Origin: Conexivisphaerales archaeon | GTDB lineage: Archaea; Thermoproteota; Nitrososphaeria; Conexivisphaerales; DTJL01 | Assembly: GCA_049509455.1 (NCBI GenBank) | Contig: JBEKZX010000008.1 | Location: 1 to 47,770, forward strand | Length of the DNA: 47,770 nt | Reading direction: 5' to 3' | In this document: positions 24,957 to 34,371 of the stretch, in pieces | Layout of the letters: each line of letters starts with the position of its first letter | How positions within the stretch are numbered: the stretch's first letter is position 1 | The notes under the pieces: model-generated | Told to the model about the DNA's origin: nothing | What the model saw: the letters and a program-made list of their open reading frames with translations, nothing else | The model's database searches: none | Position numbers and translations under genes: made by a program

Positions 24957-25175
24957 GTGTCATCGGCAAGCTGTGTGTTCCTATTGAACAAGAAGAGAGC
25001 CCTCCGATTCGTCAAGTATTTCCTCATGATGTTCGTCTCGCTCAACTTTATCACTACGATCCTTGTGTTGATGCTCAACCCAGGGCTAGTCATATCGGTA
25101 TTGATACTGGTGGTGATGTCTGCTATAGCCGTCATAGTCGCCGCTCGCGACGTGAGCTACATTCGGTGGTTCTAA
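24957..25175 (+). CDS. Small hypothetical membrane protein (two hydrophobic helices)
   Basis: KKRALRFVKYF followed by LMMFVSLNFITTILVLML and LVISVLILVVMSAIAVIVAA; start uncertain. Confidence 0.4.
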   Translation: MSSASCVFLLNKKRALRFVKYFLMMFVSLNFITTILVLMLNPGLVISVLILVVMSAIAVIVAARDVSYIRWF

Positions 25176-25436
25176 GCAATCGTCCGAGCTCAACAAATGG
25201 GCAAAGAGCATAGGAGGCCAAGCCAGCCTTGGCCAGTTGCTCGTCGACCATTGCGAGCTCCTCGGATCGATGCTTTATGACGTCAAGAACTTCAGGTGGG
25301 GAACGTTGACGATGACAGGACTCCTGTAATGGAGATAGCCCGCTGGGAGCTCTAAACCGGCCAGAAGATACTGGAAACCAGAAAGGAAAACGAATCTTTC
25401 TATTTCATAGTCCCGAAAAAGAAAGGCCGATGCCGC

Positions 25437-26285
25437 TTACTTGTCGATAGGGCTCTTCACCACGTTGCCCCACTCCGCCCAGGAGCCGTCGTAGTTCTTA
25501 ACGCGAGGGTAGCCCAATAGGTACTTCAACACGAACCAAGTGTGAGAGGACCTTTCGCCTGTCCTGCAATACGTGATCACTTCCTTGTCAGGAGTCACGC
25601 CTTCAGATTCGTAAAGGGCCTTCAGATCCTTGAATGATTTGAAGGTCCCGTCGTCTTTGATGGCCTGGCTCCAAGCGATGTTGACTGCGCCAGGGATATG
25701 GCCGCCCCTCTGGGCTTGTTCCGTGGGGTATTCTGGCGGGGCCAGTATCTCTCCAGAGAACTCTTTCGGGCTCCTGACGTCGACCAGCGCCTTTCCTCTC
25801 ACATGAAGGGAGCTACGCACGTAGGGCATGAATGCCCGGATCGTGTCGTCGGGGGAGCCCGCATAGAAGGGCTCCGGAGGAAACCTAGGGACCTCCTTGG
25901 TCACCGGTCGGTCCTCTGTCAGCCACTTCTTCCTCCCTCCGTTAATCAGCCGAACCTTCTCGCATCCGTAGTAACAGCAGACCCAGAATGCAAAGGCGGC
26001 GAACCAGTTTCTGAAGTCGCCATATAAGACTAAGGTCTCCTCGTTGCTGACCCCTAAATCGCCCATGACCTTCTCGAATGCGTCCTTCCGGACAATGTCC
26101 CTCGCCAAAGGGTCGTTAAAGTCCCTTCGCCAATCCAACAGGATGGCTCCGGGGATGTGACCGAGGAAGTAGTTTGAGACGGGGTCGTAGTCGACTTCTG
26201 CGATCCTCAGGTCCGCGTCGCGAAGATGGTCTTCCACCCAGGCGGTCGAAGTGAGGACCGATTCGTCGGCGTAGGGCGATGCCAT
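25437..26285 (-). CDS. Tandem-domain rhodanese / thiosulfate sulfurtransferase
   Basis: GHIPGAILLDW, YGDFRNWFAAFAFW, GGHIPGAVNI, active loop YCRTGERSS, YDGSWAEWGN. Confidence 0.92.
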   Translation of the reverse strand: MASPYADESVLTSTAWVEDHLRDADLRIAEVDYDPVSNYFLGHIPGAILLDWRRDFNDPLARDIVRKDAFEKVMGDLGVSNEETLVLYGDFRNWFAAFAFWVCCYYGCEKVRLINGGRKKWLTEDRPVTKEVPRFPPEPFYAGSPDDTIRAFMPYVRSSLHVRGKALVDVRSPKEFSGEILAPPEYPTEQAQRGGHIPGAVNIAWSQAIKDDGTFKSFKDLKALYESEGVTPDKEVITYCRTGERSSHTWFVLKYLLGYPRVKNYDGSWAEWGNVVKSPIDK

Positions 26286-26438
26286 TTCGCCCTTCAGTTC
26301 TGCTTCTCACACATAAGGCTGACTCCGCAACCAGATAGAGGAAGAAGACTACACAGGGCGGGCCCACTCTCCTGCTTGCACATTACGATGGTCGAAACTA
26401 CGCTGTCACGTCGTTGCCTCAAAGGGAGGGCCGTGTCC

Positions 26439-26846
26439 TCATTCGAGCAGCGCAAGGAATACGTGGTGGTGCTCCTCTTCGTCGGCTTCTATGTCTTCGA
26501 AGAGTTCGGCGGTAGCGTGGTCTTTCGCTTTGACGGCCACGTCGATGATCCGCTTGTAGAGCTTTATCGTGGTCTCCTCTGCCTTGACATCGTCCTTGAT
26601 CATGGCCTTGGTGGTCCTGCTGTGAGCGATGGGGTCGGGCTCGGTGGTAGGCACCGCTCCTAGGTAGTCCAGCCTCTCGGCGATCTTCTCATAATGCTTC
26701 ATCTCATCAATGGAAGTGTTCCTAAGGACGTCCGCTACCTGTGGGCCCGTCAAACCGTTGACCATGACGTGCTGCCACATGTATTGGAGTACGGCTTGCA
26801 ACTCGCCAGCCTCAGCCTTGTTCAGAAGCTCGGTAATCTCGGTCAT
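26439..26846 (-). CDS. Ferritin-like (bacterioferritin-type) di-iron protein
   Basis: ELQAVLQYMWQH, DEMKH...IAERL, EETTIKLY, EEEHH ferroxidase-type ligands. Confidence 0.8.
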   Translation of the reverse strand: MTEITELLNKAEAGELQAVLQYMWQHVMVNGLTGPQVADVLRNTSIDEMKHYEKIAERLDYLGAVPTTEPDPIAHSRTTKAMIKDDVKAEETTIKLYKRIIDVAVKAKDHATAELFEDIEADEEEHHHVFLALLE

Positions 26847-27026
26847 TATAGATCATGCTAAACCTGGGGCTCACAATATATGAGTCTTTGCCCCTGTGCA
26901 GCTCTGATGGATTCCTCTCGTGCGATTCTCACGCCAGGAAGCCTGGGAGCCGGCGCAACCTGACACGCTCCATCATCATTTTATATCGGCGTGACGGGAT
27001 ACAGAGCAGAGGCCTGGACGTCCGCA

Positions 27027-27245
27027 ATGATGAACATTAAGGACTTGCTGGAGATGAACGATTCTCAAGTCAAGGAGTACTTCGCTACGCTCTCTGAGGA
27101 AGAGAAGCTTCACGCCTTCGAAACGCTCGTGAAGCATTCCAAGTTCTATGATGAAGAGATGAAGGCCCTGGCACGGGACTGCCTTAAGGACGTTTTCGTG
27201 GACGACAGCTCCGCGCTTTACGAGGGATATGACCTCCCCGGTTAG
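27027..27245 (+). CDS. Hypothetical small acidic helical protein
   Basis: 72-aa ORF from ATG 27027 downstream of TTTTATAT (about 26979-26986); divergent from the ferritin-like gene. Confidence 0.5.
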   Translation: MMNIKDLLEMNDSQVKEYFATLSEEEKLHAFETLVKHSKFYDEEMKALARDCLKDVFVDDSSALYEGYDLPG

Positions 27246-27488
27246 ACCTGTGAGTCGATTTCTAACTACTTCATGCTTTGGATGTGTTCGGGAGTCGATG
27301 CATAGAGGCGAGGCCGACCCGGCTGAGAGACATAGCGGGCGCAATTCAAGGTGGCCGAGCCGAGTTCCCACCAGCCATGTTGATGCTACGGTTCATATGG
27401 GCTAGAGTTCTCTGAGGAGTGCAGAATGGCGCCCCGTGTTGACTTCGGCGGACAAGGACGACGACCCACATTGGACCGGGGCGGACAC

Positions 27489-28520
27489 CTACGGGGTCAT
27501 TACAACCTTCCCGCTCTGCCCAGACTTCATCAGCTCGAAGGCCTTCTGGTACTCGCTCATCTTCAGCCGATGGGTTATGAGCTTGCCCAAGTCTATCTTG
27601 CCCGATCTCAGATAGGATGCAACGGTGTACCATGTCTCGAACATCCTGCGGCCATATACGCCGTTCAAGCTCACCATTTTCGGAACGATGTCATTCGAGA
27701 AGTCGATCTCCACCGGCTTCGAGGGAAGCCCCAGCAGAGACGCCCTCCCTCCGGACCGGAGGACCGCAAGGCCTTGATGGATAGTCTCTGCGGTCCCCGC
27801 CATCTCGAGAAAGACGTCAACGCCTCGTCGATTGGTCTCCAGCATTATTTCTTTCACGGGGTCGGACTCTTTGGCGTTGATCGTATAGGTTGCCCCGAAC
27901 TCCTGGGCCATCTTCAACCTGTAATCCGATATATCCACGGCGAATATCTTCTCGGCCCCAGACATCCTGCAAACCCCGGCCGACGCGATTCCGATGGGAC
28001 CGCAGCCGAATATGGCCACCGTCTTCCCTTCGACGCCGCCCCCCGAGAAGACCGTGTGCACTGCGTTTCCCAAGGGCTCCTGGGCGGAGGCCACTTCAAA
28101 CGGCAGGCTCCTGTCATTGCGCCAGGCCGTTGTCTCGTCCAGCGCCACGAACTCGGCGAAACATCCCTGGATGTCTACGCCCCTGAGGAGGACGTTCTCG
28201 CAGATATGATAATTCCCCGTCCTGCACTGCTCACACCGCTGGCAGGGAATGTGCGTCTCCCCGGAGACGCTGTCACCTACCACGAGCCCTCCGACATCCC
28301 TGCCCACCTCGACGACTTCGCCAGCGAATTCGTGGCCGATGACAAGGGGAGGATGGATCCTTGCCGCCGCCCATTCGTTCCAGTCGTAGATGTGGACATC
28401 CGTGCCGCAGATGCTGGTCGCTTTGACCTTGACCAACACTTCCTGCTTCTTTATCGCGGGCTCGGGAACGTCCAGGAAATCGGCGCCGTAGGCAGGCGTG
28501 GCCTTTACGACGGCCTTCAT
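27489..28520 (-). CDS. tdh: L-threonine 3-dehydrogenase
   Basis: SICGTDVHIY, GHEFAGEV, VSGETHIPCQRCEQC, EPLGNAVHT, GIYG-like GVYGRRMFETWY, SGKVVMTP. Confidence 0.95.
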   Translation of the reverse strand: MKAVVKATPAYGADFLDVPEPAIKKQEVLVKVKATSICGTDVHIYDWNEWAAARIHPPLVIGHEFAGEVVEVGRDVGGLVVGDSVSGETHIPCQRCEQCRTGNYHICENVLLRGVDIQGCFAEFVALDETTAWRNDRSLPFEVASAQEPLGNAVHTVFSGGGVEGKTVAIFGCGPIGIASAGVCRMSGAEKIFAVDISDYRLKMAQEFGATYTINAKESDPVKEIMLETNRRGVDVFLEMAGTAETIHQGLAVLRSGGRASLLGLPSKPVEIDFSNDIVPKMVSLNGVYGRRMFETWYTVASYLRSGKIDLGKLITHRLKMSEYQKAFELMKSGQSGKVVMTP

Positions 28521-28618
28521 GTCGAATTAGAGGATTCGACGTCCGCATTTATAGGTTATCCCAGTTCGGGCATAGTTTTTCTGCAAATGTTGAATCAGGA
28601 ATCGCCGCCAACAAGCGT

Positions 28619-28669
28619 GGAGGTGATGATCTAGAAGTGGGCGGAAGATCCCCCCAACTATCTGACACC
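28619..28669 (+). ncRNA. Candidate compact box C/D sRNA between divergent tdh and kbl
   Basis: GTGATGA (28623-29) ... CTGA (28662-65), GGTG/CACC closing pairing; internal D'/C' only degenerate (CGGA-AGAT). Confidence 0.4.
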
Positions 28670-28811
28670 GTGGCTAGCTTCATTTTCATAGAATGGGCTC
28701 GGACGCGATGGCCCTTCACTAGGCCTCAGCTGACTTGACACGCCATCTGGCATTGAGGTCTCCGATCGTCTCCGAACAACGATAAATATCACTGCCGGCC
28801 TGGCCGTACCA

Positions 28812-30005
28812 ATGTCTAGTCCACGCCAGGATGACATCGACGCGATAGCCAAGGCCGAGCTCGACCAGATGGCCGCCGGCAACGTCCTATGGAGGAAGCG
28901 TGTGCTTGAGGGACCTTCTGACAGCTGGGTCACCGTCGACGGAAAGAAAGTGCTCATGCTGTGCAGCAACAATTACCTGAACTTGGCGAACAATCCCGAA
29001 CTCAAGCTAGAGGCCATCAAGGCCCTGGCCGAGTATGGGGTCGGCTCCGGCGCAGTGAGGGTCATCTCGGGCACCATGAAAATCCACGTTCAGCTAGAGG
29101 AGGAGCTGGCTAGATTCAAGGAGGCGCAGGCCACCATAACGTTCCAGAGCGGCTTCGCGACGAACCTCGGAGTCATCCCGACCCTAATCGGAGAAGGCGA
29201 CGTGGCGGTAAGTGACGAGCTGAACCACGGAAGCATAATCGATGGTATAAGGATGAGCAAGGCAGAGCGGAGAGTGTACGGGCACTGCGACATGGAATCT
29301 CTAAAGGAAGCACTGGAAGGAGCTTCCTCCTTCCGACGCGTCCTCATAATAACGGACGCCGTCTTCAGCATGGACGGCGATATCGCGCCCATCCCGGAAA
29401 TCGTCAAACTCGCTGAAGCCTACGCCTCGATCACTTACGTGGACGACGCTCATGGCGAAGGGGTCCTCGGCGATCTCGGGAGGGGCGTGGTGAACCACTT
29501 TAGACTGCAAGGGAGGGTCGACGTCGAGATGGGCACCTTTTCGAAGGCGTTCGGCTGCGTGGGCGGCTACGTTGCGGGCAGTAAGGTCCTCTGCGACTAC
29601 CTATTCAACAAAGTACGTCCGTTCCTCTTATCTGGCTCGCATCCCCCGGCCGTTGCCGCTGCCAACCTGGCCGCGGTCCGCTATGTCCAGGAGCATCCCG
29701 AGCTTTTCGTGACCCTCTGGCGGAACACAGCATACTTCAAGGAGGGTCTCGGAAAGCTAGGTTTCGATACGGGTCGCAGCCAGACGCCCATCACACCCGT
29801 CATCGTGGGTGACAGCGGAAAGGCTCAGGCGCTGGCCCAGGGACTCTTCGAGGAGGGAGCCTTCGTAACCCCCATCGTCTATCCCATGGTAACCAAGGAC
29901 CGGGCGAGGGTTCGCACCATAGTGACCGCCGGACATACGCAGGCTGACCTCGACTTTGCGCTATCCAAGTTCGAAAGGGTAGGGCGCAAGTTGGGAATCG
30001 TCTAG
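28812..30005 (+). CDS. kbl: Glycine C-acetyltransferase (2-amino-3-ketobutyrate CoA ligase)
   Basis: LCSNNYLNLA, SDELNHGSIIDG, TDAVFSMDGD, VDDAHGEG, GTFSKAFG (PLP lysine), ARVRTIVTAGHT; paired with tdh. Confidence 0.88.
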   Translation: MSSPRQDDIDAIAKAELDQMAAGNVLWRKRVLEGPSDSWVTVDGKKVLMLCSNNYLNLANNPELKLEAIKALAEYGVGSGAVRVISGTMKIHVQLEEELARFKEAQATITFQSGFATNLGVIPTLIGEGDVAVSDELNHGSIIDGIRMSKAERRVYGHCDMESLKEALEGASSFRRVLIITDAVFSMDGDIAPIPEIVKLAEAYASITYVDDAHGEGVLGDLGRGVVNHFRLQGRVDVEMGTFSKAFGCVGGYVAGSKVLCDYLFNKVRPFLLSGSHPPAVAAANLAAVRYVQEHPELFVTLWRNTAYFKEGLGKLGFDTGRSQTPITPVIVGDSGKAQALAQGLFEEGAFVTPIVYPMVTKDRARVRTIVTAGHTQADLDFALSKFERVGRKLGIV

Positions 30006-30039
30006 CCAAAGCGATAAATACAAAGAGACCAGTAACTGG

Positions 30040-30927
30040 TTGTCGTTGAAGTACCCCAAAGAGACCCTGAAGGTAATAAGGGAGGTGAGGTCCGACAGGA
30101 CGAGCGGAGCTATCGGGCTCGCCATAAGGGCCCTGGACGCCTTCAAGCCTCTTGCCGATACGGAAGGTGCGAATCAGAAGATGCTCAAAGGGGTGGCGCG
30201 CCAGCTCCTCAAGGCCAGGCCCACCATGGTCTGCGTTGGCAACGCTTCTTCGGAGCTGTGCTGCAGAGTCATCGACAGAGCGGGCGAAGGCGAGGTGGGC
30301 AAGCTGGCTGCTAGCGAAGCGGAGAAGCTCCAGAGGAAGCTCGTCCTTTCCAAGTCAGGGATAAGCAACGCCTTTGTTCCATACATCGACAGGCCCATAG
30401 TCGTCCTTACCGTCAGCCAAAGCCAAACGGTCCTTGAGACCCTCCGCAGGATCAGAGGGCGGCTGGCCCAGGTCTTCGTCACGGTCTCGGACCCTGGACA
30501 TGAGGGAGAGGCGCTTTCGGCCCAGCTGTCGGCGGAGGGTATCCGTAACATCTTGGTCCCCGACATGGTGGTGGGCAGCATAATGCCCAAGGTGGACGTC
30601 GTGTTGCTTGGTGCCGACGCTGTGCTCGCCGACGGGTCGGTGATCAATAAGCTCGGCAGCAGCACGGTCGCAAAAATCGCATACGTCGAGGGAAGGCAGG
30701 TCTTTTTCCTGGCTGAGAGCATCAAGGTCCATCCCTCGGGAGAGGAGGTAACCTTAGAGGTGGAGGCGGCCAGCGGAGACGTGGGCTACCAGCCGAGGTT
30801 CGACATCACGCCATTTGGCTACGTTCAGCACATCTTGTCGGAAGACGGTGAAATGGACATAGAACACATTAAGGCCCTCGGCGAGAAGTACGCCGAATTC
30901 CGAAAGCGCACCAGGGCCGCTAAGTGA
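30040..30927 (+). CDS. eIF-2B alpha/beta/delta-family protein
   Basis: DRTSGA, ARPTM, LLGADAVLADGSVINKLGS, FDITP; start TTG 30040 or 30046. Confidence 0.82.
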   Translation: MSLKYPKETLKVIREVRSDRTSGAIGLAIRALDAFKPLADTEGANQKMLKGVARQLLKARPTMVCVGNASSELCCRVIDRAGEGEVGKLAASEAEKLQRKLVLSKSGISNAFVPYIDRPIVVLTVSQSQTVLETLRRIRGRLAQVFVTVSDPGHEGEALSAQLSAEGIRNILVPDMVVGSIMPKVDVVLLGADAVLADGSVINKLGSSTVAKIAYVEGRQVFFLAESIKVHPSGEEVTLEVEAASGDVGYQPRFDITPFGYVQHILSEDGEMDIEHIKALGEKYAEFRKRTRAAK

Positions 30928-31341
30928 GAAGTATAACCGCGTCCGGGTCTGTCGCCAACTTCAAGAAGCTTGAAGCTCTTATGACGTCGTCGACCACTCC
31001 TGAAAGGCCCTCTTTCTCGGTGCCAAAGAGGCCCATCTTAGAGGAGCAGGCGTGGATTTTGACTCCCTTTTCCTTGCCTGTTTCAGCATCTGTGACAGGG
31101 TGAGCGTCCCCTCCCTGGAAAGCAGCTGAGTGAGCTGCTCCTTTGGGAGGCCTAGGTTGGCTGCCGGTTCTATGAACGCCGCCGTAGACTCCGTTAGCAG
31201 CTTCATCCCCCCAAAAGTGAAGTTGACGTGCGTATCCGTCCCTTCCATCGCAGAAGTCGTAGCCATTATTAGCAGCGGACAGAGGCCGTCGACTCTCCTT
31301 CGATTCGCGGCCATCACAAGCTTGCTTCTCTTGGTTACCAA
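30920..31341 (-). pseudogene. Frameshifted DsrE/DsrF-like sulfur-relay protein
   Basis: Frame of ORF 30979..31341 gives KLVMAA...DGLCPLLIMATTSAMEGTDTHVNFTFGG...QMLKQA; restoring one A at CAGGCAAGGAAAAGG (about 31070-31077) joins it to KEKGVKIHAC. Confidence 0.65.
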
Positions 31342-32113
31342 ATGTCGCTATCGAGACGGCATCCGGGCTATAAGGGCAGTCCAGTTGCAGGAGGTCAGCC
31401 CGAACACGCGCCTGCTTTGTCGCCATCTCCAGTAGAAGAGCAGCAACCTTTGCCACTGTAGCGTCGTAAAGCTTGACCGCGCCGGAACCAACTACGACCG
31501 CCGGGACAGATTTCACACCGTACTTTTGGGTCAAATCGGGGAACTCGTAGGCCTCGACCACATTGACACTAAGTCTATTGCTCTCAATCCCGGCCTCCAT
31601 CAGGAAGCGAACCACGGGGGGACATCTACGGCAGGCGGGCGACACGAAGATCTCGACGCAGACGTCCTCCCGAAGCGCTCGGAGGGCCCTCACCATCGAA
31701 GGAGGGAGGCGGCTCCTCTCTCTAGAGGCTGCGAACAAGGCATCGACGAGGACGTCCAACTCGGAACCTATGGGTGCACCGTAAAACACCAAAGAGGACG
31801 CGCCCCTCCCTCTGACGGTCAAGGAGGGCCTCTTCAAGTCGCGCCAGGCTGCTCCGGTGGCTGGCGGAAGGGGCTCGTCCACCTTTATCGTTATACTATC
31901 GCTCAGCTCCATGAGCTCTAATGCGAGGGCCACGGCCCTGTCACAATTCTCGCACCCTTCACAGGTCTCGATGGCGAGCTCTACCGGCAGTTCCATCCGT
32001 GCGGCCAACACCTCCTTTAGATGGCTGGCATAGAGGGGCGGAATAAGGCGAGTCAAGCAGGTTCGCAAGTCCTTCTCCCTCCGTCGGTATAAGAACTGGT
32101 CCCATGTTTCCAT
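30920..32113 (-). CDS. Protein disulfide oxidoreductase (two thioredoxin folds) reading through into the C-terminal half of a DsrE-family protein
   Basis: CEGC and CRRC motifs, FYGAPIGSEL, SVPAVV cis-Pro; then about 90 aa of non-homologous-looking sequence; then GVKIHACSSKMGLFG...ASSFLKLA. Confidence 0.7.
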   Translation of the reverse strand: METWDQFLYRRREKDLRTCLTRLIPPLYASHLKEVLAARMELPVELAIETCEGCENCDRAVALALELMELSDSITIKVDEPLPPATGAAWRDLKRPSLTVRGRGASSLVFYGAPIGSELDVLVDALFAASRERSRLPPSMVRALRALREDVCVEIFVSPACRRCPPVVRFLMEAGIESNRLSVNVVEAYEFPDLTQKYGVKSVPAVVVGSGAVKLYDATVAKVAALLLEMATKQARVRADLLQLDCPYSPDAVSIATFGNQEKQACDGRESKESRRPLSAANNGYDFCDGRDGYARQLHFWGDEAANGVYGGVHRTGSQPRPPKGAAHSAAFQGGDAHPVTDAETGKEKGVKIHACSSKMGLFGTEKEGLSGVVDDVIRASSFLKLATDPDAVILLT

Positions 32114-32153
32114 TTGAAACGATAAATGGACCTCATCCTGCTCTAGAGGAGAG

Positions 32154-32921
32154 ATGCGAGCCTTCGTCTATAACTCCAACGAGGAGTTCGAGCTGGATGG
32201 ACCCGTGAGGCCGACCCATGATCCCGCCTGCGGAGCGGTGCTCGCTGGAGAGGGCGCTTTCTTCTGCGTAGGGGATGAGCGAGATGAGATTCTCCATTCC
32301 GCGAGGCGCGTAATGGGCTCTTTCGCCCTGAAAGACACCTCTAAGGGCGCTCTGGGCGTCACCATCGATGAATTCGCCGATCTCGCTACCTTCCTCCATC
32401 AGCTGGACAGCTTCGAGGACAGGCGCGGAAGTTCCGTGGGCCTCTATGTCACTAGCTATGAGAAGGTCAACAGGCTCTTCGCGAAGAACCTTTTCTGGCA
32501 CTTCATATTCGCGAAGGGCCTCCTCTTGAAAGACACCCATTTCATGGAGAGGCCCCAGAGGACCAGCTTTGAGAAGGTCTGGCGAAGGGTGGACCTCGCC
32601 CCCGGGAGGCCCGCCTACGCCGTCATCTCCCTTCTCTTCCTTCCGTCCGGGGCTGCAGAGACTGTCCGGCACAGGCTGCCCTATGTCCATACCTTGGATG
32701 ACCTTGTGGGGGCGTTGGCGCTGTTCAGGAGCCAGATGGAGGCGTGCCTTGAGGCATATACCGAGAAGATGACCATTAGGTCTGCGGCCTTCTCACAGAG
32801 GGTCGAGGAACTGCTGAAGTCCGACTTCATCGACGTCGTGTACGTCCAGACGCCCGACCTGTACCAAAACGCGAAAGTCGTCAAGGAAATTCAGGAGACC
32901 CTAGAGACCGGCGCCCGCTGA
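32154..32921 (+). CDS. Hypothetical protein
   Basis: 255-aa ORF with normal composition filling the gap; GGAG SD-like sequence before ATG; no motif recognised. Confidence 0.65.
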   Translation: MRAFVYNSNEEFELDGPVRPTHDPACGAVLAGEGAFFCVGDERDEILHSARRVMGSFALKDTSKGALGVTIDEFADLATFLHQLDSFEDRRGSSVGLYVTSYEKVNRLFAKNLFWHFIFAKGLLLKDTHFMERPQRTSFEKVWRRVDLAPGRPAYAVISLLFLPSGAAETVRHRLPYVHTLDDLVGALALFRSQMEACLEAYTEKMTIRSAAFSQRVEELLKSDFIDVVYVQTPDLYQNAKVVKEIQETLETGAR

Positions 32922-32943
32922 GACTGATCGCCTGAAACAGCGC

Positions 32944-34371
32944 TCACCAGCAGGAAACATGCTTATTGCATCTTGCGCGAGCTGCTTCAATTGTCGCTGA
33001 CGCCTCCTTCAAGGCCAAGTCCACCAGCTCCGGCGCCAGCCCGACGTACTGCTGCGGGGTCAGAGTGAGGAGCACGGGATCGGTGTCTTCACCCACCGGG
33101 GACGCGCGGACGGTCTCCCTGAACTCCTTGACGCTGAGCGTCCGCCCCTTTAGCAACTCCATGACGTCGTCGAAGGCACCTTCCCTCCCCAACTTCCTCA
33201 GGGAATGCTGCAGCGCCTCGCCGAGGACTTCGGCGTGGCCGTCGAGGTCACGGTTCATCTGCTCTAGATCAGTTTCGATCTTCCTTAGGCCGGCTGAGGC
33301 CTTCTTAACCGCGAGAAGCGAGTGCGCGAAGGCCACACCATAGTTCCGCTTGAGGGTCGAATCGGAGAGGTCGCGCTGCATCCTCGACATCTCCAGCTCA
33401 GATGAGAGTAGGTCCAGAAGGGAGCCTCCCACCTTGGCATTACCTTCGCTGTTCTCGAAGTCGATGGGGTTCACCTTGTGCGGCATCGTTGAAGAGCCCA
33501 CCTGGCCCTGGGAACTCTTCACCTTGAGGTATCCCAGGGAGCAATAGAGCCAGAGGTCCACATCCATGTTCTGAAGGACTCTGTCGGCCAGGGCCAGGGT
33601 CTGAAGGACGGAGGTGACGCCGTCGTGCGGCAGGACCTGTGTCGTGTAGATCTCGGGCCTCAGGCCCAGCGAGCTCACGAAAGCGGAGCTGAACTTGACC
33701 CAATCCACTTCGGGATAGCTGAAATGTAGAGCACTGAAGTTGCCCACGGCACCGGTGGCCTTTCCCGGGAACTCGGCGACCGACAGCGTCCCCGCAATGC
33801 GGCTTAGCCGGATCAGATAGTTGGCCAACTCCTTGCCCAGGGTGGTCGGTGACGCTGGTTGTCCGTGCGTGTGCCCCAGCATCGGTGCCGTTCTTGCCTC
33901 TTTCGCCTGCTCCGACAGGACCCGGCAGAGCTCCAAGAGGGCCGGGATATAGAGCTTGAGCAAAGCGTCCTTCAGCATGAGTGAGTATGATAGGTTGTTC
34001 ACGTCATCGCTGGTGAGGCCAAAATGAACGTACCGTGCGAGCTTGCCATGGCCGCCCCTCCTGCACCGATACTTGAGGTACTCCACCACCGCCACGACGT
34101 CGTGCCCCACCCTTTCTTCGTATGCCTTGACTTCGCGTGCTTCTTCTTCGCCGAAGCCGCTCGATATCTTGCGAAGAAAGCGGACGTCCTCCTCGCTGAC
34201 CTCCAGCCGGCTGCCCAGTTGGGATGCAAAGGCTTCGAGGTATCTCACTTCCACTAGGACTCGGTACCGAAGGAGGGCGAACTCGGAGCAGTAGCGGTAG
34301 AGCTCACCCACATCCTTCCGGTAGCGGCCGTCGATGGGCGAGACCATCGAGAGCGAGCTGTCAGGAGACAT
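32944..34371 (-). CDS. purB: Adenylosuccinate lyase
   Basis: SPIDGRY, HFGLTSDDVNN, THGQPASPTTLGKE, SSTMPHKVNPIDFENSEGN, QRDLSDST; ATG 34371 overlaps the purA end. Confidence 0.95.
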   Translation of the reverse strand: MSPDSSLSMVSPIDGRYRKDVGELYRYCSEFALLRYRVLVEVRYLEAFASQLGSRLEVSEEDVRFLRKISSGFGEEEAREVKAYEERVGHDVVAVVEYLKYRCRRGGHGKLARYVHFGLTSDDVNNLSYSLMLKDALLKLYIPALLELCRVLSEQAKEARTAPMLGHTHGQPASPTTLGKELANYLIRLSRIAGTLSVAEFPGKATGAVGNFSALHFSYPEVDWVKFSSAFVSSLGLRPEIYTTQVLPHDGVTSVLQTLALADRVLQNMDVDLWLYCSLGYLKVKSSQGQVGSSTMPHKVNPIDFENSEGNAKVGGSLLDLLSSELEMSRMQRDLSDSTLKRNYGVAFAHSLLAVKKASAGLRKIETDLEQMNRDLDGHAEVLGEALQHSLRKLGREGAFDDVMELLKGRTLSVKEFRETVRASPVGEDTDPVLLTLTPQQYVGLAPELVDLALKEASATIEAARARCNKHVSCW

